A DNA stretch of 57,767 bases, the filler included, from Bipalium vagum (taxonomy: Eukaryota): the NCBI GenBank assembly GCA_037834085.1. It is 3 parts of 3 records of this genome, joined end to end, with 100 filler letters (N's around TTAATTAATTAA, not from the genome) between each part and the next. Parts side by side here need not be neighbours in the genome. Positions count along the whole stretch, not along the records: positions 1 to 19,248 come from JBBMKC010006221.1; positions 19,349 to 38,144 come from JBBMKC010019158.1; 1 more part is not named here. One strand, 5' to 3'. The translations under genes were made by a program, and so were the position numbers. The notes beneath the pieces are model-generated. The model saw only the letters and a list, made by a program, of their open reading frames with translations, had not been told where the DNA came from and made no database searches. Below are positions 14,798-29,128 of the stretch, in pieces (the first letter of the stretch is position 1; every line of letters starts with the position of its first letter).

Positions 14798-15190
14798 TTG
14801 TCTTCACTGTTATGAGCATTGATATTGATCAGGTAAATAATGAAACTCTTCATGAAAAAAATATATGAAAAGTTTTCAACGAAAAGAATTCAATTAATAT
14901 TTGGAAGGACAAATCACATGAAAAATAGAACATGTCCAGTATTAATTGAGGATTTTAATTAATTACATTAATTTGCATATCAACTATAAAAGTTATGGAT
15001 GTTGGTGAAGGAGGAAATAAATTTTTATCAATTAATTATTTGAATATTTTTCATTGGTCGAAATGGTGTACAAAAACCAACAATGAGGAAACTGAATTTT
15101 TCCACTTAGTTAAGTAACTGAAGGAAAAGTAGTTTAATTTTACAGGAAAATAAATATTTTTCGAGCAACCTTCACAATCGCACCGGGCTC

Positions 15191-15242
15191 ATGAAAACCG
15201 AATTCATTCTCCTCGCTTTTGTCACCGTCCTCTCCATCCACG
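15191..15242 (+). CDS. Candidate first coding exon of a secreted or membrane protein (signal peptide MKTEFILLAFVTVLSIH-G)
   Basis: ATG at 15191, n-region Lys plus hydrophobic core, then consensus phase-1 donor G|GTAAG at 15243; local GC rise. No downstream exon identified. Confidence 0.6.
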
Positions 15243-15410
15243 GTAAGGTTTTATTTATATATACATTTCTTCCTTTTTCTCATATGATGATGATGATGAT
15301 GGTGGATATTTTTTATCAATACTTTATTTAATGTAAAACCTTTTCTCGAAGAAAGGACATTCCATCTGAAGGGATTTTCAGTCCTGACTGTGTTGTTTAT
15401 TGTCATTTCA

Positions 15411-15486
<76 letters not shown>
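15411..15486 (+). repeat. (AAT)n microsatellite
   Basis: Perfect trinucleotide run; similar runs at 19180-19420, 32328-32400, 38068-38130, 41110-41140 and 51640-51706. Confidence 0.95.
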
Positions 15487-15487
<1 letters not shown>

Positions 15488-18184
15488 GAAATTTTCGTTC
15501 CACTGTATTATTAAAACAAAAATTAAATTAAAAAATTAAAATTAATATTTTTCACTTGGAAAAATCTCAAGAGAGTGCCAAATCTGAAAACCATTAGTGG
15601 GAAAATTTTTCTTGGAAACAGAAATTTTGCATTGTATAATAATAATAATAATAATATTGATAATATTATTATCCGTCTACATAGAATAGTGCAGTCTGCA
15701 ATAATTAGTCTTCCTACCTCATTGAAAAATCTTCGAGAAAAAGAAAAAAAGCTCCATTATGAAGTTACATTGTGAAAGAGAAATAGTTAAAATAAAAATA
15801 AAAACATATTTCTTGTTACGATTTATTTGTTGTCGTCATTATTAGTCCCACAATATTTAAAAAGGAAATGTTGCTGTTTTTTTGTTGTTTTAATCAACAA
15901 TGTCATGAGAAATAAGAAGAGGAAAAACAGATTGATTATTGAGAAAAATCCCGAATTAAAATGTGATCTCTTGTTATCTTGCATCCCTTTTTATCAGATA
16001 ATAGGTTTTTTTTTCATTTTTTGCTGTTGCCTTAATAAATCCCCCGAAAAGGAAAATTGAAAAATTTTTTTCTTTTCGAAAGAAAATAATTTAATTAATT
16101 TTTTTTAATTATGATTTTATTTGTTTTGCTGAGTATCTCATGGAGTATTCAAAGGTTTCGTTTTGTTGTTGTTTGAATGAGTTATTTTTTCACTATTTTT
16201 TCTACAGGTTAACTGCTCCTCCCCGTTATAAAACGAATCAACTTTGGAAAAAAATTAAATATTTTTTTAATTTGAAATTGATTTCAAAATTTTTTAATTA
16301 AGTTACAATAAATTAGATCGTTAAAACAAATGACATCATGCAATTTTTTTGGAAGTTAATTTCTTTTTTATTATTGATAACATTAATTGGTTTGCAATCA
16401 ATAAGAGAAGATGTTTTTTATTAAGTGACATAAATAATCTTAATTAGCAAACAATGTCATCGGAAAATATAGAAAATACTTTTCAATTTTATCATTATTA
16501 ATTTATTAATTTTAAAATACATTAATTAAATTATAGAAATAATAAATAAGTAAAATATTAAATAATAATAATAATATTTTAAAAATTATTTTAGCTGCGA
16601 TTTCAACAAATTCAAACATATTTTTAAGATCTTATTGATTGATGATAAATAATAATATTTAAACAAATCTTACAAGGTCAATAAATTAATGTAATATATC
16701 TTTATTATAAATATTTTAATATGAAATTAATTTAACAATTAGAGATATTTTAAAATTTATTAATTTAAAAACAAAATTTTAAATATTGGGCACTTTATTA
16801 AATGTTAAAAAATGTTTTAAATAGTAAAAATTAAATTTAACAATATAGTTATAATTTTTTGAAACTTCAAATATTAATAAAAAATCCTTATAAATATATA
16901 AAAATTGAAATTAAAAATTCTCATGGGCTGATTTGTTTAAAATTTTAATATTAATCAACTTTAAAATTTTTCTTTAAACACTTAATGTTATAAATGAAAA
17001 ATTTAAAGGACTTGTTTAGAATCAAAGCTTTATGACCAATCAATTTGAATTTTTAATAACCAGTTTTCAATAAGCAGTTTCAAAAGTAAACATTTTATCG
17101 GGAAAAAAATTTATTTTATAAATATTAAATTTTAGTAATATTATTAATATAATAAATAAAAAAAAGAATTTCTCACCCTTTTGAAAATATTTCAGATTTT
17201 CCACAAAAAATCAGAATTCACCAACAATTTTAAGTTTTCTCTCATAATTTGTCTACTCCTCATCATCTTGATTTTAATTAATTTTAATTAACTAATTATT
17301 TGTTTGGATTTGATAAAAATTATTTATTTATTTAAGTAAAATTGAATTTGTTTTATTTTAATTAATTCTTTAGAGAAATCGATAATTAAAATTTAATAAA
17401 ATTTTCCCTTTTTTTTGTTTTATTTTTTATTACATATTACTCGTGGTACGTTATGGTGCCTGAATATAAACAAAAAATATTCTGTAATATAATATTAATG
17501 GAATTTCATAAAACATTATTCAACATACATTTTGAAGTAAAAAAATCTTTTTCAACATTATCCATTTGTTATATTTCATATCCTTTCTTTTAACTCGTTG
17601 AACGTACACTAAATTATATTTATAAAGATATAAAATAAATAAAATAATTACGATTCGTAATTAAAAAAAATTTTTTTAATTTTTATTAAAAAAAGATATT
17701 AAATACTTTTTAATTGAAATATCGTCCTCACAACCCATTTCATCTTTATCTCGAGAGCGTTGCTGCTCTCTGCTAATATCAAAAAGTTATTGAATGATTT
17801 TTCAACATTTTAAATAGTTTTTTATTTTGTTTTAATCTAACTTTCCTAAAGTCAGTTTTTAATTCAAAAACTATTACTTTATTTGGTTTCTTGTCTGAAA
17901 AATATTAATTTTACAACGATAATTTTATTTTTAGGACAAAATTGCAAAAAAATAAATATTTTTTAATTTTTTAAAATTAGTTGATTTTTTTTAATAATTA
18001 TTTATTTATTTTCTTTAGAATATATTTATTCTATTTTTTTAATAATATATTTATTATTTTTATAATATACATGTATTTTAGTTTTTTAAATATATTTCTT
18101 TTTTTTAATATATATTTATTTTATTTTTTCATAATATATTTATTCTAATTTTTTAAAATAATTTTTTGTATAATATAAATTATT

Positions 18185-18215
<31 letters not shown>

Positions 18216-18599
18216 AATTATTTAAATTTTTTCTATAAAAAAGATTAAAATTACGAACGACGATAATTTCTAATGGAAATCAAAGTAGATAAATGTAGAA
18301 AAATATACTTATTCAAACAAAACAATAATTATTAATAATTATGTATTGATTAATAATATTTTAAAATATTACTCTTAGTTCAGTCCCTCATAACTTTCCC
18401 AAATCTATAAATAATGAAACAGCGTATTTATACACGAATTTATTATTTAATAGTTAAAATATCAATTGAGGAGAAAAATGAGAAATTTTTTCTTTTTTCT
18501 TTTTTATATTTTGTTATTTAAAATAATATATAAAATGAAAATAGTCCATTAAAATTGAGGTGGATATTATAAAAAAATCCTATTAAATCTCTAAAACAA

Positions 18600-18900
18600 G
18601 GGACATTCAATAAGTGTGCTGAGCAATGTGCTGAAACGACTGTGGCAAAAACACTGGAATTGGAGCTTCCTAATCACCCTTCATACTCACCAGACAAGCT
18701 CTCACTGACTAAAATTTCTTTTCCAATTTGGGCAAATTTTTATTATAAAAACAATTCAGTTCCGAAAATGACGTAAGACTGACTTTTCAGGAATTAATCG
18801 ACTCTTATCCGCTGGAGTTTTATTTGACCGATCTGAACCAACTGCCACCTAAATGGCAGAAGTGTATAGTCAATATGAGAACTTTGAAGAGTAACACAAC
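18600..18900 (+). mobile_element. Mariner C-terminal relic
   Basis: LELPNHPSYSPD, LPPKWQKCI. Confidence 0.75.
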
Positions 18901-19176
18901 TCCTTGTATTTGTTATTTATCAATAAGTTAAGTATTTCATTTTACAAATCTAAGTTTCGACAACCTGATAAGATCTTTACAAACTTAAGTCCCAAGTCAG
19001 GAAATACAACTGAGAAAAGTAAAGAATGAGAAATCTCCGTGTGATAATTTAATCTCTGTTTTTTTATAAGAAATAAAATTGTAGACGTTAATCCTCTTGA
19101 TATGATAGCAGCCAAAGAATGGATAAATTCCTTGATTAAATACAAAAAGGTTGTAATGTTTTATTTTTTTTAATAT

Positions 19177-19248
<72 letters not shown>

Positions 19249-19348
19249 NNNNNNNNNNNNNNNNNNNNNNNNNNNNNNNNNNNNNNNNNNNNTTAATTAA
19301 TTAANNNNNNNNNNNNNNNNNNNNNNNNNNNNNNNNNNNNNNNNNNNN
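19249..19348. other. Artificial scaffold spacer N44-TTAATTAATTAA-N44
   Basis: Identical construct at 38145-38244; the 12-mer puts stops in all six frames. Confidence 0.97.
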
Positions 19349-19421
<73 letters not shown>

Positions 19422-19423
19422 TA

Positions 19424-19960
19424 ACGGGTGATAACTAGAAATTTAGACTAATTTTATCTTTACCGAAAAAGTAACAGACAGCAATTTTTAATAAAATTAT
19501 GTATTTCACATAAAACTTTATAACAATATATTTTCATCAAGAGATCTTAGAATGCCAAAGGAATTTTCTATTGGATGACATGTAGAACATTTTGTAGGAT
19601 TGCGATCCTTAGGAAAAAAGGTGCTTATTTTTCTTTTGCTTTTAAAAAGTTTTGGGTCTTTCCGACGTAATGGAAAGAGGCTTTGTTCACCAGAACAAAC
19701 ATTCTTCATGGTATATTTTCTGATTGATTGCCAAACCCCCATCCTTGAACCACAGGTTTGAACCTTTCTCAGATATGATTATGTACGACATAAGCTTCTT
19801 TTCATTTTTTTCCTGGAACTTACATTTTATATTAGATAGAGATGTGCAGGGCCATAGGTATAAAATCTCTTAATTCCAAACACTCAAGAGTTTTTCAATT
19901 GAAAATAACATTCATCAACTGGTTTTTAAATTATAGCGTATGGAGGATGTAGTAACACCT
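19424..19960 (-). mobile_element. Tc1/maT-like relic, probably related to 7727-8330
   Basis: Same TA+ACGGGTG terminus; minus-strand PKDRNPTKCSTCHPIENSFGIL resembles NPPN.PQ.RPIENFW.IL. Confidence 0.65.
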
Positions 19961-20779
19961 TAATTCCTTAAATATTTTGTGAACTATTAAAAATCAAAAG
20001 CTATTATTATTATCTACTCTGGGTGTTAATAAAAATATCACTAATAATAAAAATAAATAAATAAATAAATAAATATGAAATTTTTTCATCAAATCATTAA
20101 AATAATATAATAATGTTATGTCCATTTAAATGTAATTATAAAAAAGAAAATAAAATAAATGTTACATTTTTAAGACATTAAACAAAAAATGTTATAATTA
20201 TAAGTGAATATTTCTGAGGTACAGAACTGAAATTTAAGTAAGATAGTTATTAAAACGTGACTATATTATTTTTTAAAAGTACAAGAAAACTTCTGCCTAA
20301 AATTTTTTAATTAATAAAATATTAATATTTTTATAGTGATAAATAATAAATTTTTAATTTTTTAATGTAAAGCTTTTGTCCTTTTAATTAAAAGATTTCA
20401 AAAAATGGCTATAATATATTGGTTTCCATTGCCTTACTACCCATATTGTCTAAAATATTATTTCTTTTTTAATAAAATTAAAGATTAATAACCATAAAAC
20501 ATGAATCAATAAAGATCTTATTCTTTGAAATATGACGGTTATTCTATTGATTTGTTTCGAATATATTATAGACAGTGATTTAAAAAGAGATTAAGCTGTT
20601 TAGGCTAAAATAGGAAATGCTAAAAACAAATAAAACTTATTTTCTTTGATATATCCAACAAATAAAATATACAGAAAGAATGTTTTTTCGGGTAGAAAAT
20701 TTACATTTGTGTATTGTTATCACAATTTTTATAAATATTCAGATGAAAATGATAAATAATTCGGAATTACATGGAGTTG

Positions 20780-21800
20780 AATCTGATGTTTGAAGAAAGA
20801 AAGAAAGGCGTGACCTTTTTCAATATTTTAGGAAGCTAATCAATTCAGTGGCGAATAAAATCTTCATTTCTGGTGCCTGACCAGTGAGTGATTCAGTTTT
20901 CAATACCTTCAAAGGATTGGAAGTACAATAAGATAAGTAAATGTGCCGTCAAACAGATGATAGTCTGCAGAAGCACAATCAGATGAGTAATTCATACGGG
21001 GTATAAACTTCGCTAAAGATCGCTAACATTCCTAGAACTCGTTTTGTAAAATGTGTCCGAGTATTGTCATGCAGTAAAATGAGTTTATGTTGTCTTTTGT
21101 CAAACTCTGGTTGTTTTTTGCTCAATTTCTGACTCACACGCATTATTTTGTTTTTGTACACGTCCCTTGAGATCATTCCACTAGGTTGTACCATCTCATG
21201 ATCAATCACACTTTATGGTTCCTCCAAATACATAAAATAGACTTCTCTCCGTGGAAATTTTTCTTTGATGTTGTTCTAGATGGCTAGCCGGGGTTGTGAA
21301 TTGTTTTTCTGAATTAAGGACTATCAAAATAAACAATTTTCTTTCCATTTGTTACAAGTTAATACAGAAAACTTTACTTGTTTTTCAAGCAAGCAAAATT
21401 AAAGAATGTCTTTTAGGGTTCTCGACTTGAGCCCGTAAGGTATCCATCTGCTTTTCTTTTAGGTCTACCATAGGGTTTGCAAACATCAAGTAATTGATGA
21501 TCGACAGACACATTATGATTTTACAAGTTCATGTTCAGTTTGATATTGATCTTGAAACACTAATGCTTCCAGACTTTCATTTTCAAACCTTTTCTTTGTC
21601 CTGGTGTTTTTTATCTTCCACAAAAAATCCTTTCTGAAATCTGCAATCTACCTTTTGCAAATTTCTAAATATTAAATATTGTCTTCACAAGCCTCTTAAG
21701 GTATTTTGTGGGTTTTGGGAGCTTTTTTTTGAAATTGAAACGAAACAGATTCACTTCGCGTAAATGGTGATTATTTGGTACATATTTCTAAAAGTATGTA
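20780..21800 (-). mobile_element. Degenerate mariner
   Basis: KLILLHDNTRTH, VIDHEMVQP and VTNGKK relics across ~1 kb. Confidence 0.75.
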
Positions 21801-23885
21801 AAAATATATTGATGTTATTATAAGATGTGTTTTTATTGAGTAATTATAAAAAATATTCAAGGTACATAAAATCAATTAATTCGTTTATGCAAGTAAATTA
21901 TTTTTTAATACAGCTTTTTTCAAAGCGCAAACGTAATAATTATGATTAATATTAATTTATTATAATTTTATTGATATTTTTTAAAAACAATCTTGTAATA
22001 TCATTAGCAATGATTCATTACTATTTTGAGTAGTTGTGTGTTCAGTTGTTTTTTAAATTGGTAGCGTGATTTAATTTTTTTGATGGTTTTGTGTGACGAA
22101 TGAATGGAATACCTGGAAAGAAAATTTTTGACGCTATATTTGGAGAGCTATATAGATTGTGGGTATCATTTGGAGGGGTTTTGACTAATTTATAATTGAT
22201 CGCGAAATATTGTGACTAATGTTGGCGTTTACACGTCGATTTTTAGTGATATTTGGTTGAAACATAATAAATCTTAGCAACGTTGAGTTTATTTGATTCA
22301 CCAATAGGATAATCATAAAAATTAACCATATTAAAGATAAAGAAGTGAGACTAGCATAGCTTGATTAATATTCAAATATTCACTGTTAAATAAATCAAAA
22401 CGCGCTTATAATTAATAATAACTTCAGATTTTAATATAAGTAGCACAGCTTTAAAAATAAAAATAAATAATCAAGATCCTCGACATATTTTTTTAATATT
22501 CTATTTAGAAAAAGTCCAATTCTAAAAAATATACAAAGTATTCTTCATTGTTTCAGATGTTCGAATAAAAATGAAATAATTTTTTTCCATTGCTTCGAAT
22601 GTGAAATTAATTATTTAATTTTTGCAAAATCACATAATTATAAATTATTTAAAGTTTATAGATATGAGCAACTTCCACTGTAAATCAGACTAAAAAATGA
22701 TGCCTGACACCAATTAAATTGTCTGAAACAATATAAAATTACTGCCAAATAAAATGAACGATGTACAACAGAATTTAAACATAAATATTATTTTAGAAAA
22801 TTTAATAAAAAATAATAAAATTTTCTTTCATTGTTTAATTAATAATCGTTAGCAGCCCTATTAATTTCTGAGAACTGAGGTGATAAAATAGTTTAATAAC
22901 CCTAATCTATTTAATATATGGAACAAGTATTTTATTACTGCCCATAAACCATTTATAGGAAAATATGATCTTTTCTCCTTTCTTCCAGCGGTATTTACCA
23001 TTTAAACATTTATAAAGGATTTTCAAGTCAACGGAAGTATTGATAAAGTTTATTTTTATAAAATAAAAGTTTATTTTTGAACATAATGTAAATTTAATTG
23101 TTAAAATCGGAGTTTAATTTGAAAATGTTTTTGATATTTCACTTGGCAGACTCAACCTATTGTTTAGTACATTTGAAAGAAAAGCAGACAGATTAGTAAG
23201 ATAAAACAAACTTTTTTATTAACCCATAATATTAATTATTATATAAAGCTTAAGAAATAATTAAAAAAAAATTTATGAAAATTATTTTTTCCGAAATTCT
23301 TAAAATTTCTCAACATTTTTTTTAAATATTCAATTTAATTTTTAAAATTTTTCAAACGAATTAGATATGAACAAAATTTTTGATTAGAAAAATTGAAGAA
23401 AGAATAATAATTATTAAAATGATATTCTTTATATAATATATATTCTTTTAATTAAACATTATATTAATTTAAGAAATAATTAATCATCTATTGATTTTTG
23501 TGCTCTCTACATTGAATTAACTTAAGATTTAATTCTTTTAACATAATAATGGTTAATAAATTATCCAAATTACTCATTACCACAGAAACTTTATTTTCAT
23601 TTGCATATTTCTTTTTTTCTTTTCAAAACTAACGATGTGAGTCATGTTATGCTTTCCTGACATGTGTGTTTATGGTATTGGAATTTGAAAGCTTTAGATT
23701 TTGTAGTTGAGTGTCCAAACTGGTTTAGAAAGTCAAAGGTGAAAGGGATAATAATTAGAAAGAAAATAAATCTATATCAAGATTGACAAGATTATCCATT
23801 AAAATTCAAATTATCGAGTGAGATTAATGATTATTGTGAAAATGAAACGGTAATACATTTGGAACATATTTTTTATTAATTTATA

Positions 23886-25167
23886 TGAGGGTGAATCAAA
23901 AGGTTCCCGGAATGATGCTGACATTTTCACAAATAAATAGATAGGAATTAAAAAATTGATTATATGCATTCATTACTCTTCTAACTAATATAATACAAAA
24001 TCTTATTAAAATTCATTGAATATAAATAAAGATATTTATTTAAGCTAATCATTTTAGAAAATGGAAAATGCGAAATTTGAATGCCGCGTTATAATGAAAT
24101 TCCTAACTAAACCCGAATGGGAAACATCGGATATCATCAAATCTTTGCAGAAAGTTTATCAAGATGATGCACCAAAGAAAACAACAGTTTATGAATGGGT
24201 GAGCAGATTTAAAGAAGGCAAAGAAGACATAAAAGATTAACATAGAACTGGGAGACAAACTTTATCAATGAATAAGGAAATTGTAGATGCTGTCGAATCG
24301 TTGGTTGAAGAAAAGAGGCGAATATCGATCCAAATTGTAGCCAAATCTTTGGACATATCATATGGATCAGCTCATTATATTTTAAAAGATCGATTAGGAT
24401 TGAGCAAACTTTCTTCCCGATGCGTTGCGCGAAGAACAGAGAATGCAAAGAGCAAACAACGCGATCCTGTTTATCAACAGGTTTGATCATGACCCCGAAG
24501 AATTTTATAGCAGACTAGTAACTGGTGATGAGACATGGATTTATCAATACGATCCAGAAAGTAAAATCCAGTCTAAGCAATGGTTACCCAAATTAACAAG
24601 TGAACCAATCAAATTCAAAGCTGAACGGTCAATGAAGAAGGTTATGGCCACTATTTTTTGGGATTCTGAGGGGGTAATCCTGGTAGACTTTCTCGAGAAT
24701 CAGCGGACAGTTACTGGTAGGTACTACGAAGAGGTTTTGCGAAAACTTCATGCTGCACTTGTAAAGCAACGCCCACGGAAATTTCATCGTCGAATTTTGT
24801 TTCATAATGACAATGCGCCAGCACATTCATGTAAGTTATCCAGGGCTGTACTTCAAGAATATCGTTGGGAAATACTCTCGCATCCACCATACAGTCCTGA
24901 CTTGGCTCCCTCAGATTTGTTTTGTTCCCGGAATTGAAAAAATATTTCACGGGCATTCGTTGGGAAAGAATATTGGAAGTCAAAGAGCTGTTTCGGATTG
25001 GTTCAAAACGAAGGATAAAATTTTTTATAGAAATGGTTTAGAACGCTGGCGACACCGTATGGAAAAGTGTTATGAGTTAGATGGTTCATATGTAGAAAAA
25101 TAAATTTGTATTATGAACTTTGTTTTGATTTGTATGATTATTCCGGGAACTTTTTGATTTACCCTCG
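23886..25167 (+). mobile_element. Full-length mariner DNA transposon (DD34D, irritans-like TIR), 1282 bp, inactivated
   Basis: ~31-bp TIRs (TGAGGGTGAATCAAAAGGTTCCCGGAATGAT versus reverse complement CGAGGGTAAATCAAAAAGTTCCCGGAATAAT), TA on both sides (23884-85, 25168-69). Confidence 0.97.
24061..25103 (+). pseudogene. Mariner transposase pseudogene
   Basis: ATG 24061; TGDETW, HNDNAPAH and YSPDLAPSD with 34 residues between the 2nd and 3rd Asp; in-frame stop at 24238-24240 and frameshifts near 24430 and 24925. Confidence 0.95.
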
Positions 25168-28140
25168 TATTATTTATATATAATTATCAGTTTTCTTTCT
25201 AAGCAAAAACTTCTTGCAAATCTTATAAAATTTCATTTTTACCATGGGAGATGTTAACATTGATTATTTTTTAATTCTCCTTTTCATCTTTTTCTTCCCA
25301 GACTAATTTTAAAGAGAACCCCGGTCTATTTTATTTATTATTAGAAATATTGATCGTATTTCCCCACATTTATCCTCCTTTCTTTCAGTAATTCTGATTT
25401 CTTTTTTATATTGAACTAAATTACACTTATGTCACTGGACACAGTTAAAATGGTCGATATTATATATTACGATATTAATAAATAATATTACTAAACAAAA
25501 ATTATTTATTTTATTTTTTCTCCAAAAAAAATGACCAGATAAAATTTTTTTCTAACAATGATTAAAATAAATAATGATTAAAAAATGGAAAGAAGCGATA
25601 CCCGTATGTTTAGGAAAATATAAAAAAAAAAACCAAACTTTTGCAACAATTCTCAGTCCGTATTTTATTCACATTTCTCAAATTGAAAAGGAAAGCGAAA
25701 AATTCAATTTCCTTTAAGAAAGAAAAATTTACACATTAAAATGGTCGAAAAGAACATTTTGGTGGGTTTTACGTTAGGTTATTTTTATGGTATCAAAAAT
25801 AACTATTAGATACGTGTCCGTTTTACCACAAGTCTCGCACTTGCTGATCATTGGTTATTACATTTTCTCAAGACAACTCCTCAAGGCCAAACGCGTGATT
25901 CAAAGGAAATATGAATGATAATGATTAGTAACAGGTAAGATTCGAAGTGATTCTTAATGTTTTCTAAATAAAAAATTCTTTTTTTTGCTTTTATTTTTAA
26001 TACTAACACTTTCTTTTCTACAAACCTTAACATATACTTATTCGAATGTCATATGTTTAATCTGTAATATGAAATCTCTTTGCTTAATTTGTAATGGTCC
26101 ATGATAATCTCATAAAGAAACCGCTACATGTCATGAGTAGTTTGACATTCCAAGGCTCATGGAACAAGAACAAAAATGATATAAAATTGTTTCATGAACA
26201 AACCAAAGGTGAGGAAATAATCCAATATCCGCCACCCACGGCATATTGGAGGAAATAATCTTCTAAGGAATGTTCCTTATCGTTAATACTTATCGCCTAA
26301 GTAGCCGGAAATACTACGGCTCAATAGTATGAGGGCAAAAAGAAAAATAAGTATTAGGAAATATTGTGTTTCTTTCTGGTACATGTCTGTGTTATAGTAT
26401 TTCTATGTTGGTGGGGTGTATTTTTGAATTTTCTGAGAGGGTAGATCCCAAAAACCTTGCACATATACCAACACTCCTAATATAACCCGAGAGAGAAGCA
26501 TATAGGTCTTTAAATTTTGTTTTTTTTATTTTCTTTGATATAATTTTTTCTTTGAGGTAAGGCATAAGGTTTTTTTTCTTTGGATATACAAAAGGGTGAT
26601 GTGCGGGGGGAATTGGGAAATACAACCTCTAGACTCAGATAAGAAAAATGTTTGTTGGAGTTGGTTTGTTGCCTTTGTGTGCTGATTTTGGGAAAGAATA
26701 GAAAGACGAGCTACAAGCAAAATGTAAAACAGGAAAAAAAACTTAGAAATTATACTACAAGACGGAAAAAGAAGAATTTATTAAAATAAATGTTGCTTTT
26801 TTTTGGAAATTTTGAATTGGAATATGAATTTTAACTTTAGGAATTGGTTTATTAGTTTATTTTCCAATTGGTACTGTAATTTTTACTGCTTTAAATATAT
26901 TTATTTCTGAAATAATTAGTGAAAATATTTCATGAAAAAAGAACTTAATAAAAAAATAATTAATAAATAATAAATAATAATAAATAATTAATAAATAATT
27001 TCATTTAAAAGCTTTAGAAGAAAACATTTTTAAATAATGAAGAAATAGAAGAAGCTTAAAAAATAAGGTCAAGAAATATTGTAGAAAACGTAAATAAAGA
27101 AGTTAAAAGAGAATTGAAACAAGAGATAAAATGAGTGTAAAGAGAAGATGGAAAAATTAAATAAGTGATGTATTGCATTTTTAAATAATTGGATGCAAAT
27201 CAAAATGTAAATGATCTTGTTAAAATAATTGAACAGTTAAAAAAATAATTTCTAAAAAACGAGTTTGAAACTGATCACATAAATCAATGGATTGCAGAAC
27301 AAGAGCAATTTTATTTGATTTTTACGAAATTTAATGTTTTACAAAACTTATTAAAAAGTTAATTTTTTTATTAAAAGGTTTAATAGTCAAAAATTATTAA
27401 GCGTTATTTGATTTTGAGTAACAGGGATCTTAAAAGAATGATTATAAAAAATTATAGATTAAAAAGTTTTCCTTAAAAAAGTGGACCTTGAATGGTAGGA
27501 TCCTATAGTAGATCTAAAATAAAATTTAATATAAGTAATGCAATAAGATTACAATGACCGGATACGTGAGGTTCGTGTCTAAAATAAATAATGAAAATAA
27601 TATAAATAAAAAATACCATCAGGCGATCTATCATCGGTAGGTCTAAAGAATAAAATAAAAAAGGAAAAAAGATACAAAAAATAATAAAATAAAATCATAT
27701 AATAAGATTAATAATAAGAAGAAATATAATAAAAATTAGAATTAAAAATAAGTAATGATATATATAAAAAGAAGTGTAAAATTACATCACCAATGTTGTG
27801 AAAAATAAAATAAATAACGCCAAATACATTCAAATATGAATGACACCAATAGGAATAAATAGATTCAAAAATTAGTATAAATAGGTGATTTAAATCATAA
27901 TTTTACTTTTTAAAAAACTTGAAAAATTAGTTATAATACCTAATTCATAAAGTTAACAAAAAAAAATTTGTTTATGAAAACTAAAAAATTGTAAGAGATT
28001 ATTAACGAAGAATTGAGTTTATTATAACTCTCAGAATTAAAAGATCAAATAATGAACTCTAAGTGGATTATTAATTAATAATTTTTCCAGTTCCTTCATT
28101 TTGTTTTTATTTCCTCTTCTTCTTTAAACGAATAAAAAAA

Positions 28141-28978
28141 TGTTACTCTATTATTTTACTATGAACACTGTCGTAACACTTAGCTCGCAACGCTTACTGA
28201 ACCATTCACTTTTTTCAATACGTGTACACCAATGAATGAATCAAAACAACTAAGAACAACACTTTTTGCCAAAGTAACAATAAAATAACGCAATGTATCA
28301 AATAATCAATAAAATGTCTGCAATCAACGGTTCAATAATCAGTCACATTAAAAATCAAATATTAATAATCAATTGAATAATAAAAATCAAAAAATTAAAT
28401 GTCAAGATTAAATTTTGATTAATTAAAGAAACAAAGAAAAGAAAGTGAAGATACTCTCACCAGTTGTGACGACAACAGGCCGAAAGGGTGGTTTGCTGAA
28501 CTCAACCCGGTTTGCTCATATCCCCTAACAGCACAGGTCCCGTCGTGAGTTCCAGTCGCAGAAGGGCATAAAGAATGATTACTGTTTAAAGCTTCCAACG
28601 TCTCGTAGAGTTCAGTTTCTTTCAACGTCTTGTAGAATTTGTGGCGATTCACTGCAAATTCCAACTCCTTATAAATTATTCTAATCAGACGATCAATCAA
28701 TCGTAGACCAACTTTATCAATGGGGAATGTCAATTCCCGTTTTAGGTCGTCAATTCTAAATCGGTCCCTCCTTGTGGACCCTGATCTAATCTTGGCAATT
28801 TAGGTTCACCATTGTCAAGATTAGATCGTTTTTTAGGAAATAATTAATTGTCCTTTTTTCCTTTCATGTACTTTTTATTAATTAATAATTATTATTATTA
28901 TTTTAATTCTGACTCTTGCGGTCTCTAACATATGCTTTTACAAGGGTTAACAGGGATGTGTCCTTGGCTAACCCAACA
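28141..28978 (-). mobile_element. LTR, family A (838 bp), inverted relative to 53394-54307
   Basis: TGTTAC...CCCAACA termini; end-to-end similarity to 53394-54307 (e.g. CACAACTGGTGAGAGTATCTTCACTTTC shared). Flanks do not form a TSD. Confidence 0.88.
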
Positions 28979-29128
28979 ATTAGAATTTTGTTAGTGATGA
29001 TATTCATTATTTATTGAAATTTTCAATTACAAAGATTGTTTTCTTAAGAATAAGGCATTCATATATAAACTTTATATTTATTTTTCTTTGTTTTAAATTT
29101 TCCTTTTTACATTTAATAATGTTCACTA

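Noticed and set aside
19293-19304. Perfect palindrome TTAATTAATTAA, repeated at 38189-38200
   Set aside because: Centred in identical N44 spacers; an artificial six-frame-stop scaffold linker.
25787-25940. Exon-like segment ending CAG|GTAAG
   Set aside because: One frame reads LALADHWLLHFLK...G..RDS, a decayed mariner PDLAPSDYWLF region.
26295-26336. Twister-like flanks GCCUAA...GAGGG
   Set aside because: No P2 complementarity and no GGU(C/U)NCAAGCCC loop.
28419-28733. 104-aa ORF, and 53627-54007 and 32423-32623, inside the family-A repeat
   Set aside because: Frames are not conserved between copies; the repeat has TG...CA ends and a TSD, so it is a non-coding LTR.
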